Positions 40,664 through 53,151 of a stretch of 64,000 nt of DNA are shown piece after piece. This stretch comes from Catajapyx aquilonaris. Taxonomy: Eukaryota. The position numbers and the translations under genes are program-made. Every line of letters starts with the position of its first letter. Position 1 is the stretch's first letter. The notes under the pieces are model-generated. The model was given only the letters and a program-made list of their open reading frames with translations, made no database searches and had not been told where the DNA came from. Location: contig KZ538392.1 in the NCBI GenBank assembly GCA_000934665.2, positions 1-64,000 of the forward strand, given 5' to 3'.

Positions 40664-43016
40664 CCCCCCCCCCCCTTTTTTTTTTGCCGTCACCTTTGTC
40701 ATCATTTCTGCTCCTAAATTAACAAATAAGTGTTCTTTTTTTGGGGAGTTATCAAATGCCGGTGCGGAAACTTGGAGGAAGGGATTTGTCACATTGAGGT
40801 TGAGTTTGGGGAAGTATAGGAAGTGAACTGTTTAAAAACCATAAACAAATTGCTAGACGCTTGAGAAGGGTGGAATTCACGTGGAATTCACGATTCCTAC
40901 TCGCACTGTAATTCATGTTTCGGATTGGAGTCGGACATTATGGGCACATTCCCAGCATAGGGAGCCTTCTCGCGGTATTGAATAGCAATGCAACTGTCCC
41001 ATAACACGAAATTTTTTTAATGTCCAGATAAAGGCCCCCAATGGCAGGATGTGGTCTGGAATGAAAATGAGCCCTTTTTTCACCCGTCTGCCAGTTGGAA
41101 TATGAATTAGTGATATTACTCTGTGTACAGTACACACTGCTACAAAAAGAGCAGATGCATAAAAGTCTCGTAATCTACCAAATGCACTGCCTCAATACTG
41201 CTTTTCATGAAATTATATTTCAATTTCACATCACGATTATATGCAGGAAATGCGCAAGTTTTAGTTTAAATGGTGTGATAGAAGCAGAAATATTATACTA
41301 ACAAAAAGGAATCGCCTAATATTCCGAATCCAGCAGCTCCTGTAAATCAGCTTGAATTCAGATAGTACCTTCCCTTCACTTAGACCGTTCGTTACTTCCA
41401 ATTCCTCCCTAGCAAGATCCGTTTACACATGTATCTAGCTGTCAAAGTATCGGCCAGGTCCGCAGTTATCCGTTCAACGACGTGACCTGTGTCCAGGTAT
41501 TGAACATTTCTCGGAACGTGACTTCGAACCTCGCCAAATGATTGATCCATTTCTCCTCCTCCTCCTCCTCCTCCTCCCACCTTCCCTCCCCATCCAAAAA
41601 AAAATTTGCACTCCCGCAGCGAAAATCCCAGCAAAGATGCCACCCCAGTTTGCCCGGGGTATAGTCCACGGAGCGTTCCCATGTGTACGACTGTGGGTGA
41701 TACGCAGGCTGACCGATTCAACCACGAATATCATCATTTTCGACTCTCAAAAAAAAAAGAGAGCCTCCGCATTCTCTTGCATTCCGCACCAATTTTCATC
41801 GCGATTCCAATGTTGGTGGCTAGAGCAAGCCCCAAAAAAGGGCAAAAAACGAGGCAGATATGTGGAGCATGTGAGCCAAGTGGAGTTTGGAGAGGAAATT
41901 CTAAACAGGGAGTGGCTGCAGGGGGTGGAGGAGGGGGGGATTACAGGGCATGTGCATTATATGCCTGCAACGACAAATGACATTACGAGTGCAGCACGGG
42001 GGGGCGATTACGATCATGTTCCGGGGGAAAACGAAAACAGCATTTTTGCCCGGGCTGCGGCTACGGGGGCAACACCAATTGAACACTGGAAAAAGCCCGC
42101 AAAACCTCCAGCCTTCGTATATATAAAAAGATATCGTTGCTATGGCTGGCAAAACTTGTAATACCCCATTTCAAGGCTTTTTTTTCCGAAAAAACTAGTA
42201 CAGACGAAAAGAGCAGGGCTCGTTAGCGGTGATTTTTCGCTGTACTTTACCCGCAAATAATTGCCCTTTTTTGGAAGGGCAGGGACGGTGCAGTTATGAA
42301 CGTGCAGCAAACGAGAGCCTGTTGGTTATGAGGGAGCTCAGTGGAGTGTATCATTCAGGCAAAAGCACGCCGCCTCCAGCCTGTATAGCGGGTATGGTCG
42401 GAGGGAGAAAAAAAAAAGATTTTCCCCCCCGTAAAATCGCAAAACAACGTGAATTTCTACAGACATGACTGTCTGTTCGGGGGGGTTTAAAAAAAAAGTG
42501 TGTGCGTGTGAGGGATGGGGATGGTAGGGCGTGGATCAAAACACCGACAAATTAAAACCTGCTGTGCTGCTGGCAAACTCTAAAGCTCTGAAAAGCACTT
42601 TCTACTTCCAACCCTTTTGCACCAAACATAGTGTCCCGCTGTTAGGAACACTTCCAACTTTGTACTTTCATAACACCCCAGCAAATGGGGTGTCAACAAT
42701 CCCCTCTCATCAGTTATTGCGCTTGCGTCGCATGACGCTGGTTTTCATGCACGACCTAACTGCATTTGCGTTTCCAAGTCCGAACCTAAATCGACATCAC
42801 TTTCCATGAAATCACGTATCTTACGAGTTGGCGAAAGGGGAATAGGGGTTGAGAGGGTGCTCGGTTCGAAGGGTTGTTCAAGTCAAAAGTGGCCATAAAA
42901 TACCAGTAGGGTGCTCACGTATTAGTTATATAATGTGGGCACTAAGCTTTTTATCAGTTACACTGTTGCTTGCAAAATAGAAGGCGCTCTACATTACAAT
43001 ATCCTGCACATAAAAT

Positions 43017-43213
43017 GGACGGTGTTATGCAATAATGGGTCAACCCACAAAATGTCAAAATTGAGCTAAATGACCCTACTTAATTTAGTTAAAATCACGC
43101 TGGTGAAATCTGCCATAAATGACCGAAAAGAACACTGAATTAATTTCACAGGTATGACCTTCAAATCCTTTTTGTTCTCATGTGGGTTGACTCATTATTG
43201 CATAACACCGTCC
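43017..43213. mobile_element. MITE with 33-bp TIRs and apparent 4-bp AAAT target-site duplication
   Basis: ggacggtgttatgcaataatgggtcaacccaca pairs with tgtgggttgactcattattgcataacaccgtcc (32/33). AAAT occurs at 43013-16 and 43214-17. Confidence 0.88.
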
Positions 43214-46200
43214 AAATTTACTTCTGGCTATATTTGGGAATATCCTACATGAGTGAGCTGAAATTTTCATCCTGAAATGTTCGCAAACCCGCGCGGCACA
43301 ACTGTCTCACAGATACGCACAACCAGCAGGAGCAAAATGGGCGTGCCCACTTCAACCCCAATGGCAGCAAACCATAACAAAGCCGGTACACCGTACCTAA
43401 ATGTATACGAAATCGTCAAACCTGCAAACCTAATAATAAAAAAAAACAAATCAATAAACTCAAAAACTTGCATTTTAGCATACATTCCCACACACATCCC
43501 AACTTCGCTCCCCTTTTCCCGTTAGCATAACGTCGCCAGAATAATGGAAATAACCCCCCCTCAACCCAGAATGAAATCAAAGAAATCAGGCTGAAGCAGC
43601 CGGATCGAGAAAATCAGCATAAAATCCCTCCTATAGAATTGATGAATATGATCTGCAAAGCCCCGCCTCCAATAACCCCCCTTGTACGTGTATGTACCAG
43701 AACCATTGGGTACAATGGAAGTGAGCATCAGCCGCAAACAAACGGGAAGGCACCGCTCGCAGGTAGAGGCGAGAGCAGCTCGTGCCAAACCTATTGATTG
43801 GAGGAATGCAAGAGGGGAAGTGGGTATGGTGGGCTGAGGGAGGGGTGTGGGAGTAGTGGGGAGGAGGGGGAAGGAGTTGTGATGACTTCCCCCCCCCCCC
43901 NCCCCTTTCCTCCTTGCAGGGAGCCAGAAACTTTCCCATTTCAACTTGTGCCGCCAGTTTTGGAGGTGGCTTGTTCGCATACTAAATCCCAGGCGGGTAC
44001 CAAGCCTTTCAAGGAAGAAGCCCGACCGGACGTAGTTCGGATGGCATCCATCTACTAGTGTAGGTTTCCCGGATAAAGACATCTTCCAAACGTCGCTTCT
44101 GATGCTTCCAGTGCCAAATGGCTGCCTTTTTGCCTCCGAAGTATTTCCTTAGGCCCAAGCGACTCAATAAGCTGCATCCATCTTATAAGAATAACGGTCC
44201 AAAAATAAACTTTAATAATCCGCTTAAAATGACCTTACCCGAGGATGCGTCCCCCTCAAAAAAATGTGGGGCGACCTCGGCCTTGACTGGGTCGACAAGG
44301 TCATTGACCCCGCGGCCAACACGCCCTGTCCCACGTCCTGCCACCGTTTTAAAACAGAGCCAAATTGCCAATATTGACAAAGTGAGCATGTGCTTTGTCG
44401 CCGTGCTTCCAAACGGGTGATGCATTTGTACAATATAATTAGTGTACGCGCGCATGTTGGATGTGCAGGGAGAGGGGGGGGGGGAACTGGGATCCTGGAC
44501 CCATGTCAAATGGGAGGGGGTATAGGGAGGAGGGGAGGAGGGGTGGAGCTTTGAAGCCTAATTGAGTTGGGATGAAAGCAGACCAGGGAACGTTCATGAG
44601 CTGCCCAACTGTACATAGGGGTTATGAGCCTGATTGTCTCAAAGTCTGGTGTTTTCCAAGAGCACCTTATATGCAGCATAACACAAGTTGGCCATGCGTC
44701 AACAGGTCACTATATTCATCCATGACTTCACTATGGCTTCAAAGGGAGTCCCGTAATGTGAACTCGGCCAGGTCCAGAGGTCTGGATACTACCTGTGAGG
44801 GACCAGGTCCGGCTCCCTGCTTTATCAAATTTTTAAATAGGAAAGCCACGCACAGAAGGTGGATGCTGGTTTTGGTATCAAGACTTTGCTCGGGTAAAAC
44901 TTTTCGGTGGATCAGAGGCTTAAATCATTCAACTGTTAGTAACATGGAGGATATGTACTTTTCCCCTCACGGAGCTTCCTTTTTTTAATGGAGGAGGGGG
45001 GAGATGTTTACACGCTAATTACGCATGCAACATACGTAAAGGTACTATGCCTTTCAGGAAAAAGGAGGTTAAATTCCGCAAATTACTTGAATGCCAAGTA
45101 AGCCGCATAACTGCTGCACTGTGTTATCCCTCCCAGTGTGGAGGGATTCAATAAGCAAGCCTCAGTTTGTCATGCACCGCTGGTGAAACGGATCAGAATC
45201 CTGGATAAAAGGATTGATATGATCATCGAACCTTTCCATTTGGCCTTAAAGGGAGGGAATAAGCTATAATGAGAACCTATAACATATTCGAGCTTAGAAT
45301 AGTAACTGACATTACATGTAGCCTAGCCTGCTATATTGATCAAAAAGATGGAGACGATTTTGCATTTGCTTGGTTTCAGTATAAAGTATTCTTGAGCAAT
45401 ATAACTTAGTACAACAATGACTCCCGACCAAGCTGCCTTTCATGCGCTTCCCATCTCTCAAGGAAGAAATCCAGTGTGCAAAATATAGTATGGCAGATCC
45501 GTTCCGACTGAAGCTATCCAACTGCCACAATATCCTATGACAACGTAATTCAGGAATGCAATATCTGCAACTCGCAAGACCTGGTTCGTCTGAAAGTAGA
45601 TTCAATAACATTCCACCTGAAAAGTTTTGAGCATTCCATTTGTTAGCATAAGCGTATATATAATTCCAGCCAGCCAGCCAGTGACCAGCACTAAACGGTT
45701 CTCACGACCACCGACTACTTCGATGTTCATTCCACGCTTCAGAAAGGCCCTGGTATAAAACGGATTAAACTTGGCCATACTTTACAAACCCAGTTTATGC
45801 GAATAAGTCCTGGAGATTTCCACTCTGCACGCGGTTAGCCTGGCTCATCGACGCCCAACTTTAGTGGAATCCACCGTCTGACACGGAAAATTTATTTCTG
45901 GTGCAAATTCCCTTCGCGTTTGGTATTGTTCACATTAGCTTTGTCCCCGTTCGTCGAGTTCCAATATTCCCCCCGAATTCCTACAAGACAAGGAACAACC
46001 TGTGGTCGTTTTCATTTGCCTAATGAATGCCAGCAAGCCCCGAAAGATGCATGTGTGTATGTACTACTCATAGACACCCCAAGTTTTATCGTCATTTTTG
46101 GCACCCCATTACCGGCATCAGGAGCGATTAAAGTCCTAATCGATGTTTTTTTTTTTCGATCCTCGCGGTTGGAGCTGTCCAAATAAAGCCCTGTGTTTGC

Positions 46201-47638
46201 CTTGATAAGGTCAGCGAGAGGACCTCGTGTTTTTCGAAAACCACCCTGACAAGCACGATCGGCACGGACATGTTGTCACTTACTCCCACAAATCACACCT
46301 TTTGTCGCCCTTGTTACGGGTGTTTATACATCACCACCGTGATGTAATTTGCAACACATGGCAATAGAACTAACTCGTTAGTTCAGTTAAAGCTTGGATG
46401 TACTTCATTCGGGTCAATTGTGCCACATTTTTTTCAAGCTGAACGAAAATTTCGGTAGGTTCATTCAAAAGCGTTTGAAATTTGGCCACCCCATTAATTA
46501 GAAAATTTGGTGAGAACCTCATCTCACCAGCAACTTTGATCTCCATAAAATGAAGTCGACACCGTTGACGTTCAAAGAGAGGAAAAACTCGATCCGTCCT
46601 AGTACTTTGCACTCGAAGTCTAACTCACGTATTCTAATTATCGTAATTACAAAAAAAAGAAGACATGTTCAGTTCACATTACCAAGTTTCGAAGTGTGCT
46701 GTATAACTATACACTCTTAAATCAGAAACATCTCAATATTTAAAATCACGTTTTTGAAACACAATATTGGACTTTATTTAGGCTGCTTTGCTTGATCGAT
46801 AGTAAAATGAGGTGAAGCAATTCCGTACAGCATGTATATCGCGGTTTAAAAATGGCTGCCAGCCGTTAGGCTGGCATGACATATTGCACCATATCTTCCT
46901 GCCATAGAAGCCGTAAGAAAAGTACAGTTTCAATTTGTTAACCGTGTGAGAGGAGCATATTGTTGGGAGACTGCAAATTAACTCTGGTTTTTAGCAAAGA
47001 AAATCATATCTCACACTACTTTTGACCAACACTATACAGTACATCTCCGAATAAAATAACCCTATATGAATGCAACCCTACAGATCATTACCCAAACCTG
47101 CCATATCGGCTCATGCACTCAGCAACCCCCCAACCAAAATTCGCACATACGATAGATGTGAGATTTTGCAGAATTTTGCAGCTGCACTTAAGGCCATCAC
47201 CGCAGATTTTCGTCCACAGTGGCCTGGACGAGCTGCAAGCCGACCAGACCGATCGGACTCTGGACGCTATTTTTATGTTCGCGCGGATCAAATGCATTTG
47301 TGCAAAAACAGCTGAGAGCCGGAGAGAGGGATCAGTTCAACATCAGCGCGCTCCATTGGCTCTTCGGCAAAAAGTGAGATTATATAGTGTGCGACTGAAA
47401 AATCGAAAACTATTGTTTCCAGATCCTTCCTTCTATTTCTTGCGAACAATAACCATGAGCAACTGCTGCCGTTTAGTTTTTTTTGTACTCCCACGCTGAC
47501 ATATGCGTCGTGCATGTGCACGACTCTAAAGCAAGTTCGACAGAGAGCTATTTAACATCCAGAGAAGCTCAGGAAATGCCGTACTTCTCAATTTCCCTTC
47601 GCTTTGTTCCGGAAGAAAGAGAGAGAGAGAGCAGGAAA

Positions 47639-47694
47639 AAGAAGAAGAAGAAGAAGAAGCAGAAGAAGAAGAAGAAGCAGAAGAAGAAGAAGAA
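47639..47694. repeat. (GAA)n microsatellite with two GCA interruptions
   Basis: gaagaagaag...gcagaagaag...gcagaag read directly from the sequence. Confidence 0.97.
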
Positions 47695-50600
47695 AAAAAG
47701 AATCGTCTCTCAACTCCGCGCCCGCCGCGAAGTTAAATATGATTCATGGGATCATTCATTCCTGCTCATAAATTATTCCTTCCAATGCGAAGCGGGAAAT
47801 TTTTCCGGAAAACCCTATAAATTTTAGGTTAGGAAAACGGTTTTCTTTTTCCCCGCCCTTTTTGCTATACTTGGGAGCAAAGAATGGAAGGTAGTACCGC
47901 ATGGGCGCTGCGATATCCTTGCATATCTCTCCTGTATACGCGTGTCTCAGTGGCTGCCAACAAAAAGGTGGCATGGCGGCCCGCATTTATCAATTTCCTC
48001 CTATCTCCAGCTCGCAATATGTCGGCGGCGAAAAATGCCCAAATCATGGCGACCCCCCGATAGCAATCGCCATACAGGCCCTCGTGATTAATGTCTCTTT
48101 GCTCTTCGAGGCTCCAGAAGCGAAACTATTGGGAGCCCTTTTCGCAAGGTTACAACTATACCTTAGTACTATGGTAGCCAGACTTCCAAGATCACTGTAC
48201 TTTGCTGCGTTGTGGTGTACACTGCTAAGCCTTTTTAATCCTCAGATTTTATCCGGCGCTTGCGGCAAGTGTTAAGGAAGTGTTGCTGTGGGTTGGTTAG
48301 ATCACAAGCTATATGTAGAACGGGTCCCGGCTGCTGTCATGACCAATAAACGGTTTTCCTTGGAGAAACTCGTGCATTCTTTCTTATTGGGTATAAATGC
48401 AGGCAAGTAAGTCACAAAAATTTATTCTCTCATACAGTATTAACATGGTACATGGTATTGATTCAACGTCATCCTATAATGTACAGTACATAATAATTCA
48501 AATTTTCCCAAAAATACGCATTCCTCTACGTCAGGTATGAAGACTATATGTAAATGTGCATGTTGATGCACAATTCTTGAATGCCTAACCCCGTGAGTGG
48601 GGAAAAACGCATTGGAATACTTCATGTGGCTGCCCGTTATTTCCAGGAATTTGTGGCTGGTTTGTCAATAGAGTGTTTTTATCTATTGCTTGTGTTCACA
48701 GCCTCGGTATGATATAAGTTTGTTAGTGTTAGCAGCTAGAGTATCTTCTTAGGTGAACACGAGCAGTATTCTGAGTTGACAAGAAGTGTACTTTCTACAC
48801 GTTGTTACTCAAAGATGTGACGATCGACTCATATCACCCACATTGAGTTATTCCAACTTCATAAATATCGAGCATATCCACTGCTTTCTTTTTCAATACT
48901 TGCTCTATATATACGAGTACTCCTGCTGGTTTCTCTTGGGTGCCACGCTCGTTGCATATAAAATAGCTACGTAAGTTTCACATACTGCAAATAAAAGTCG
49001 CAGGCAACTTCTGCGGAGCTCTCAATTTGCCATCATATTCCTTGTAAAGTGTACACTATTGCCTTATTTATGCGTAACTTGGAAAGTAGCAGCCATAACA
49101 GGCCACAAAACACGCATCGACATGCAAAAACATTGCTCTACAGTCTACATCATCTCATTCCGTTCCCAGCGGTCCCCCATCCCGCAATGTAAGTCAGCCT
49201 AGTTGCCACCAGTTGACAGCCCCATCGACTTCAACCCTGGTCGACGACAGCGCCCCTTGTACCACGACGCCCGAAGCCAGAACCCTCCGAAACTCCATTC
49301 AACCGCCTACATACCGTCGACATATCCCTTGACGAAATCCCCCTCCTTTTGCCACAAAGTGACGTAGGTCACAGTGTGTACACACCCGCAGTTTGAAGGT
49401 GGGGTCTCCGGATTTCTTCCTAATTCTCCAGAGACGCAATGAAGTTGAAGTGCAGCTGAAAATGGAGGCAGAGTAAAGAAGAGGTAGGTGTACCTCTGGG
49501 AGGGATCGTAAAGGAGCCGGAAGCGGGCCGTCTGAAGAGGAAAAGGGACCTCCGGACTATGGAGAGAGAAAGAGAGAGAGAGAAGGAAAGAGAGAGAGAG
49601 GGTTTAATCAAAGAAGCGCCGGCGCTTTTGAGGCCCACCTTGGAGCCAGAGATGAGAAAGTTTAGTAGCAAGAACTGAGATGAATCGAGTTGAATAAATC
49701 TGGGAGATCTTCCCGGTGCTGTTCAACGGAAGCAAGGACCTAAAGATGCAGCTCTAGACACTCATGCCCACGTTCAAAGACCTATGAAACCATAATCGGA
49801 CCACAATAGCGCGAACTGCTGTTGGTTGTTGAAAATCCGGTTGTACATGATCTGATTTAGAAATAATCTTATATTCATTGTGTGTCCGACCTCTTATTTG
49901 CCAGGTGAGTTCTATGCTCCAACACGACTATTATTATCAGACGCTATAGCCTACTGTACACTAACGTACAAAGGTACCGCCAGTTTTGCACTGAACTCGT
50001 TTAAGCTCCAGCCCAAGTCCGTCTCCATCATTATACCATCATTACAGTACATGTTCAGACTAACGAGGTGTCCCCCATTTCAAATCTTATCATCCGAGTT
50101 GAAGTGTAAATGCTTCAGGCACTCAGCGCTACCTGGCACCCACTCCAGCAGACGGATGTCTATATACGCAAGTCTAAATCCCCTCAAAGTGATGACAAGA
50201 AATGGCGGGGTGTCAGACAACTAAAAGACCTGTTTGGCAGGCGATTCATGTCAACTGTACGAGCCTCAAGTTATTCACACTAAATTCAAGAAGTCTTCTT
50301 CCACGTAGGTTCAAATAAAAACTGGAAATTGGCCCTTTAGCGACCTTTATGCATACGAACTGAGGCTGGAGCAGGCGATACATCACGGCCAGCAGAAATT
50401 CGTGCTCCAACACATACAGGAACATGCCATCACCGGTAATGTTGAGCAACTTATAGTTAGGAGTTACCCGCTCGACTTTCATAAAGCACCACGAGCATGA
50501 GGGAGGGGGGGACCCAGTGTAACAAATGTGCGGGGCAAGCGAAATGTTTGCATGACGCTGAATATAACAAAGTTAGGCTTGCACTCTTAAAATAACGTTT

Positions 50601-53022
50601 GTAGACATAGCGTTCCGTGGCGTAACTAAGCAAACCCCATCCAGAAGTCTGAAGCAACGTTTGGGGACGCGGCCGAATTGGCAAAGTTTCTTTGCGCGAC
50701 CTGTGTATATATCATGCACAGGAGAGAAATTGAATCTAGAGAGCGTTAAAAACCTTCTTCCTGAAAGCACACACAAGACGGTAATGAGAGTCGGAAAGTT
50801 GTGCAAGTGGCCTCTAGGGAAGCCATAGATAAATGGACGCTCGCTACTCAAAGCCCAATGATTTCTCCCGCAATATTACGGGACCGGGAATGAAAACGCG
50901 CGAACCCTGATGAAATGCACCGGATTTATCCGCCCAATTCATCACGCAGGGCTTGATGAACAGCTCCTGTGTTGATTGGCACCACTGACACCTGAACTCG
51001 GCTAAAACCGGACTGGTGGTTGCAGACCCGAGTCTCCGGCCTTACTGATTTACCTATTCCTCTTAATTACCTGTGAAATTGAGTTCTACCAACTTGTTAA
51101 CAAGGATGATTTCCCCGACTCCCTACGTTTCCACCGACTCAAAAGGTGCGCAATGCAGCGCCATTTCTGGACCTATATAATGCAAAATCGGAGATTTTCC
51201 CTCATAAAATACATGTATGGGCCAAATTATGAGTCACAGCACATATACTACCTGTATGATTTTCAACGTTCCCAAAAATCTGATTTGATTACTACAATAA
51301 ATAAAATCAAGTGCACCTGAGTGTTGACGCATGCGCATTCTCCCGTATTATTTTTTTTCCCCCAACAGGATCAAAGCACTAAGATTTTTTGGGGTCACCA
51401 CGTACACACCCCAGTGATATTATTTCAGGCTCAATAACTTTTACCACGCCAGATGTCATTATTTCGCCCAAGGAGCAAAAGTGTCGTCGTAAGTTCACAG
51501 AACAAAGTAATGAATTGCTAGGTAATTGGAGGTCTTTTTTTTCTCCCCTCCCCTTCCTACCCCCCCGCAAGTTACGCTCGAATGAAAAGTCCTTCCACAA
51601 GTGTAATAGCTTCCGTTTGATGCTGTTAGAGGGTGGGGAATTCCGCAACCCACCCACCCCCACGGCAAGTTGCAGCAGTAAAAAATGTAATGGAATGAGA
51701 TGGGTTGGGAAATGGCGCGAGTGAAATCCGTTGGTTATGACAGGGTGGCTTGAAAGGAGGCTTAGAAAAAGAAAAATAAAACTGGAAGAAAAAGAAGAAG
51801 AAGATTTTTTTTTTCTTCCGGGTGGCAAATCTATGCGTGGAGCATGGCAAGTGGGAGATTGTTCCCAGCAGGACTTATCAGTAAGAAAGGCACAAAAAAA
51901 GAGAAAGGGTGTATATGCTATGCATTTCAGATGCATAGAAAAAGGGGACCCGAATTCAATATGTTCCTGCGGGAAAAGGCATCAAAAAGCCCTCTCCGGG
52001 CCCTTTGTTTCCGATGGTAAATCAAGAAGATCCGGGGGATGGGCTTTTAAGTCGTCTGCTACAAGGAAGAAACAATTCGCCAGATCGATGTTGCTGGTAA
52101 TCATTGGTGTTGGACTCGGGTTGGAATGGACCAACAAGGGGCTATGTTGGTCTATACGGATGTGTTTCCCCTGTTTTAAAGTGTATTTTTGCACCGAGGC
52201 CCACTGGCTCGTGAAAGGAATGGTTGGTACATGCGAAGGATATTATTTCACTGCCCATTACAGCTGTAATCGCAGAGGGGTTTATTTCAATTGTCTCGGA
52301 GGGAACGCGTTTAAACATTGGATTTTTTAAACGGCAGGGTTTCTCTTCATATAGTATAGAAGGGTAAATATTCAGTATACTTAAGCATCACTGGAGGAAT
52401 GCATCACATATTCACCAAGCTGGTATTTGTCCCTAAGATTACACTTTTAAGTGGTAGCGGCCTGTGTACACACAGCGCTGAGAAATTGGAGGTTAAGATG
52501 TAAAGGAAGGGGCCCTGCGGGAATTTCTTTTTACATACAATTTTGAAAACCTGGTTATGCTTCAAAAAATATTCATATACGTCTATCGTTACTGTGTGCA
52601 TATCAGTTTAAAAAATTAATGGGTGGGTTTTTCGTCTTCCTGTCGAGTCTCTGCTAGTCCGAATTCTCCCACAAGCTTTCTCATGGATTACCACGGTTAC
52701 AGGTTGTTGACAGAAGTACTGGTTAATTAGCCGTACGACAAAAAACCGGTCTTTTCAGTTGTACTTCGGCGATGACAGAGAAAGGTAAATATTGTGGCCC
52801 TAGTATACCAATCCGTGGTGCTACACAGGCGTTCATTCCGTTGCGCCAAAACAACCTCCACAGCTCTTATTCGCCAAATGCGGTCAACGCGGTCCAAAAC
52901 TATTTGCTCTCATGGTACTGCAGAAATTTACAGTAATTACGGAAGTTAAAACAAGTACATTGTAATGCGGTCTTTCTGTACATTGGGAATGCCGGAATAG
53001 TAGCACAGCTGCATACAGTATC

Positions 53023-53085
<63 letters not shown>

Positions 53086-53101
53086 CTAGTAGTAGTAGTA
53101 C

Positions 53102-53151
<50 letters not shown>
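53023..53151. repeat. (TAG)n microsatellite with two TAC interruptions
   Basis: About 43 triplets read directly from the sequence. Confidence 0.98.

Noticed and set aside
41538..42161. 207-aa plus-strand ORF
   Set aside because: Built from a CCT repeat and A/G runs, with no domain.
47483..47827. Poly-Lys ORF
   Set aside because: Translation of the (GAA)n microsatellite.
51731..52330. 199-aa plus-strand ORF
   Set aside because: Low-complexity purine tracts, a non-ATG start and no recognisable domain.
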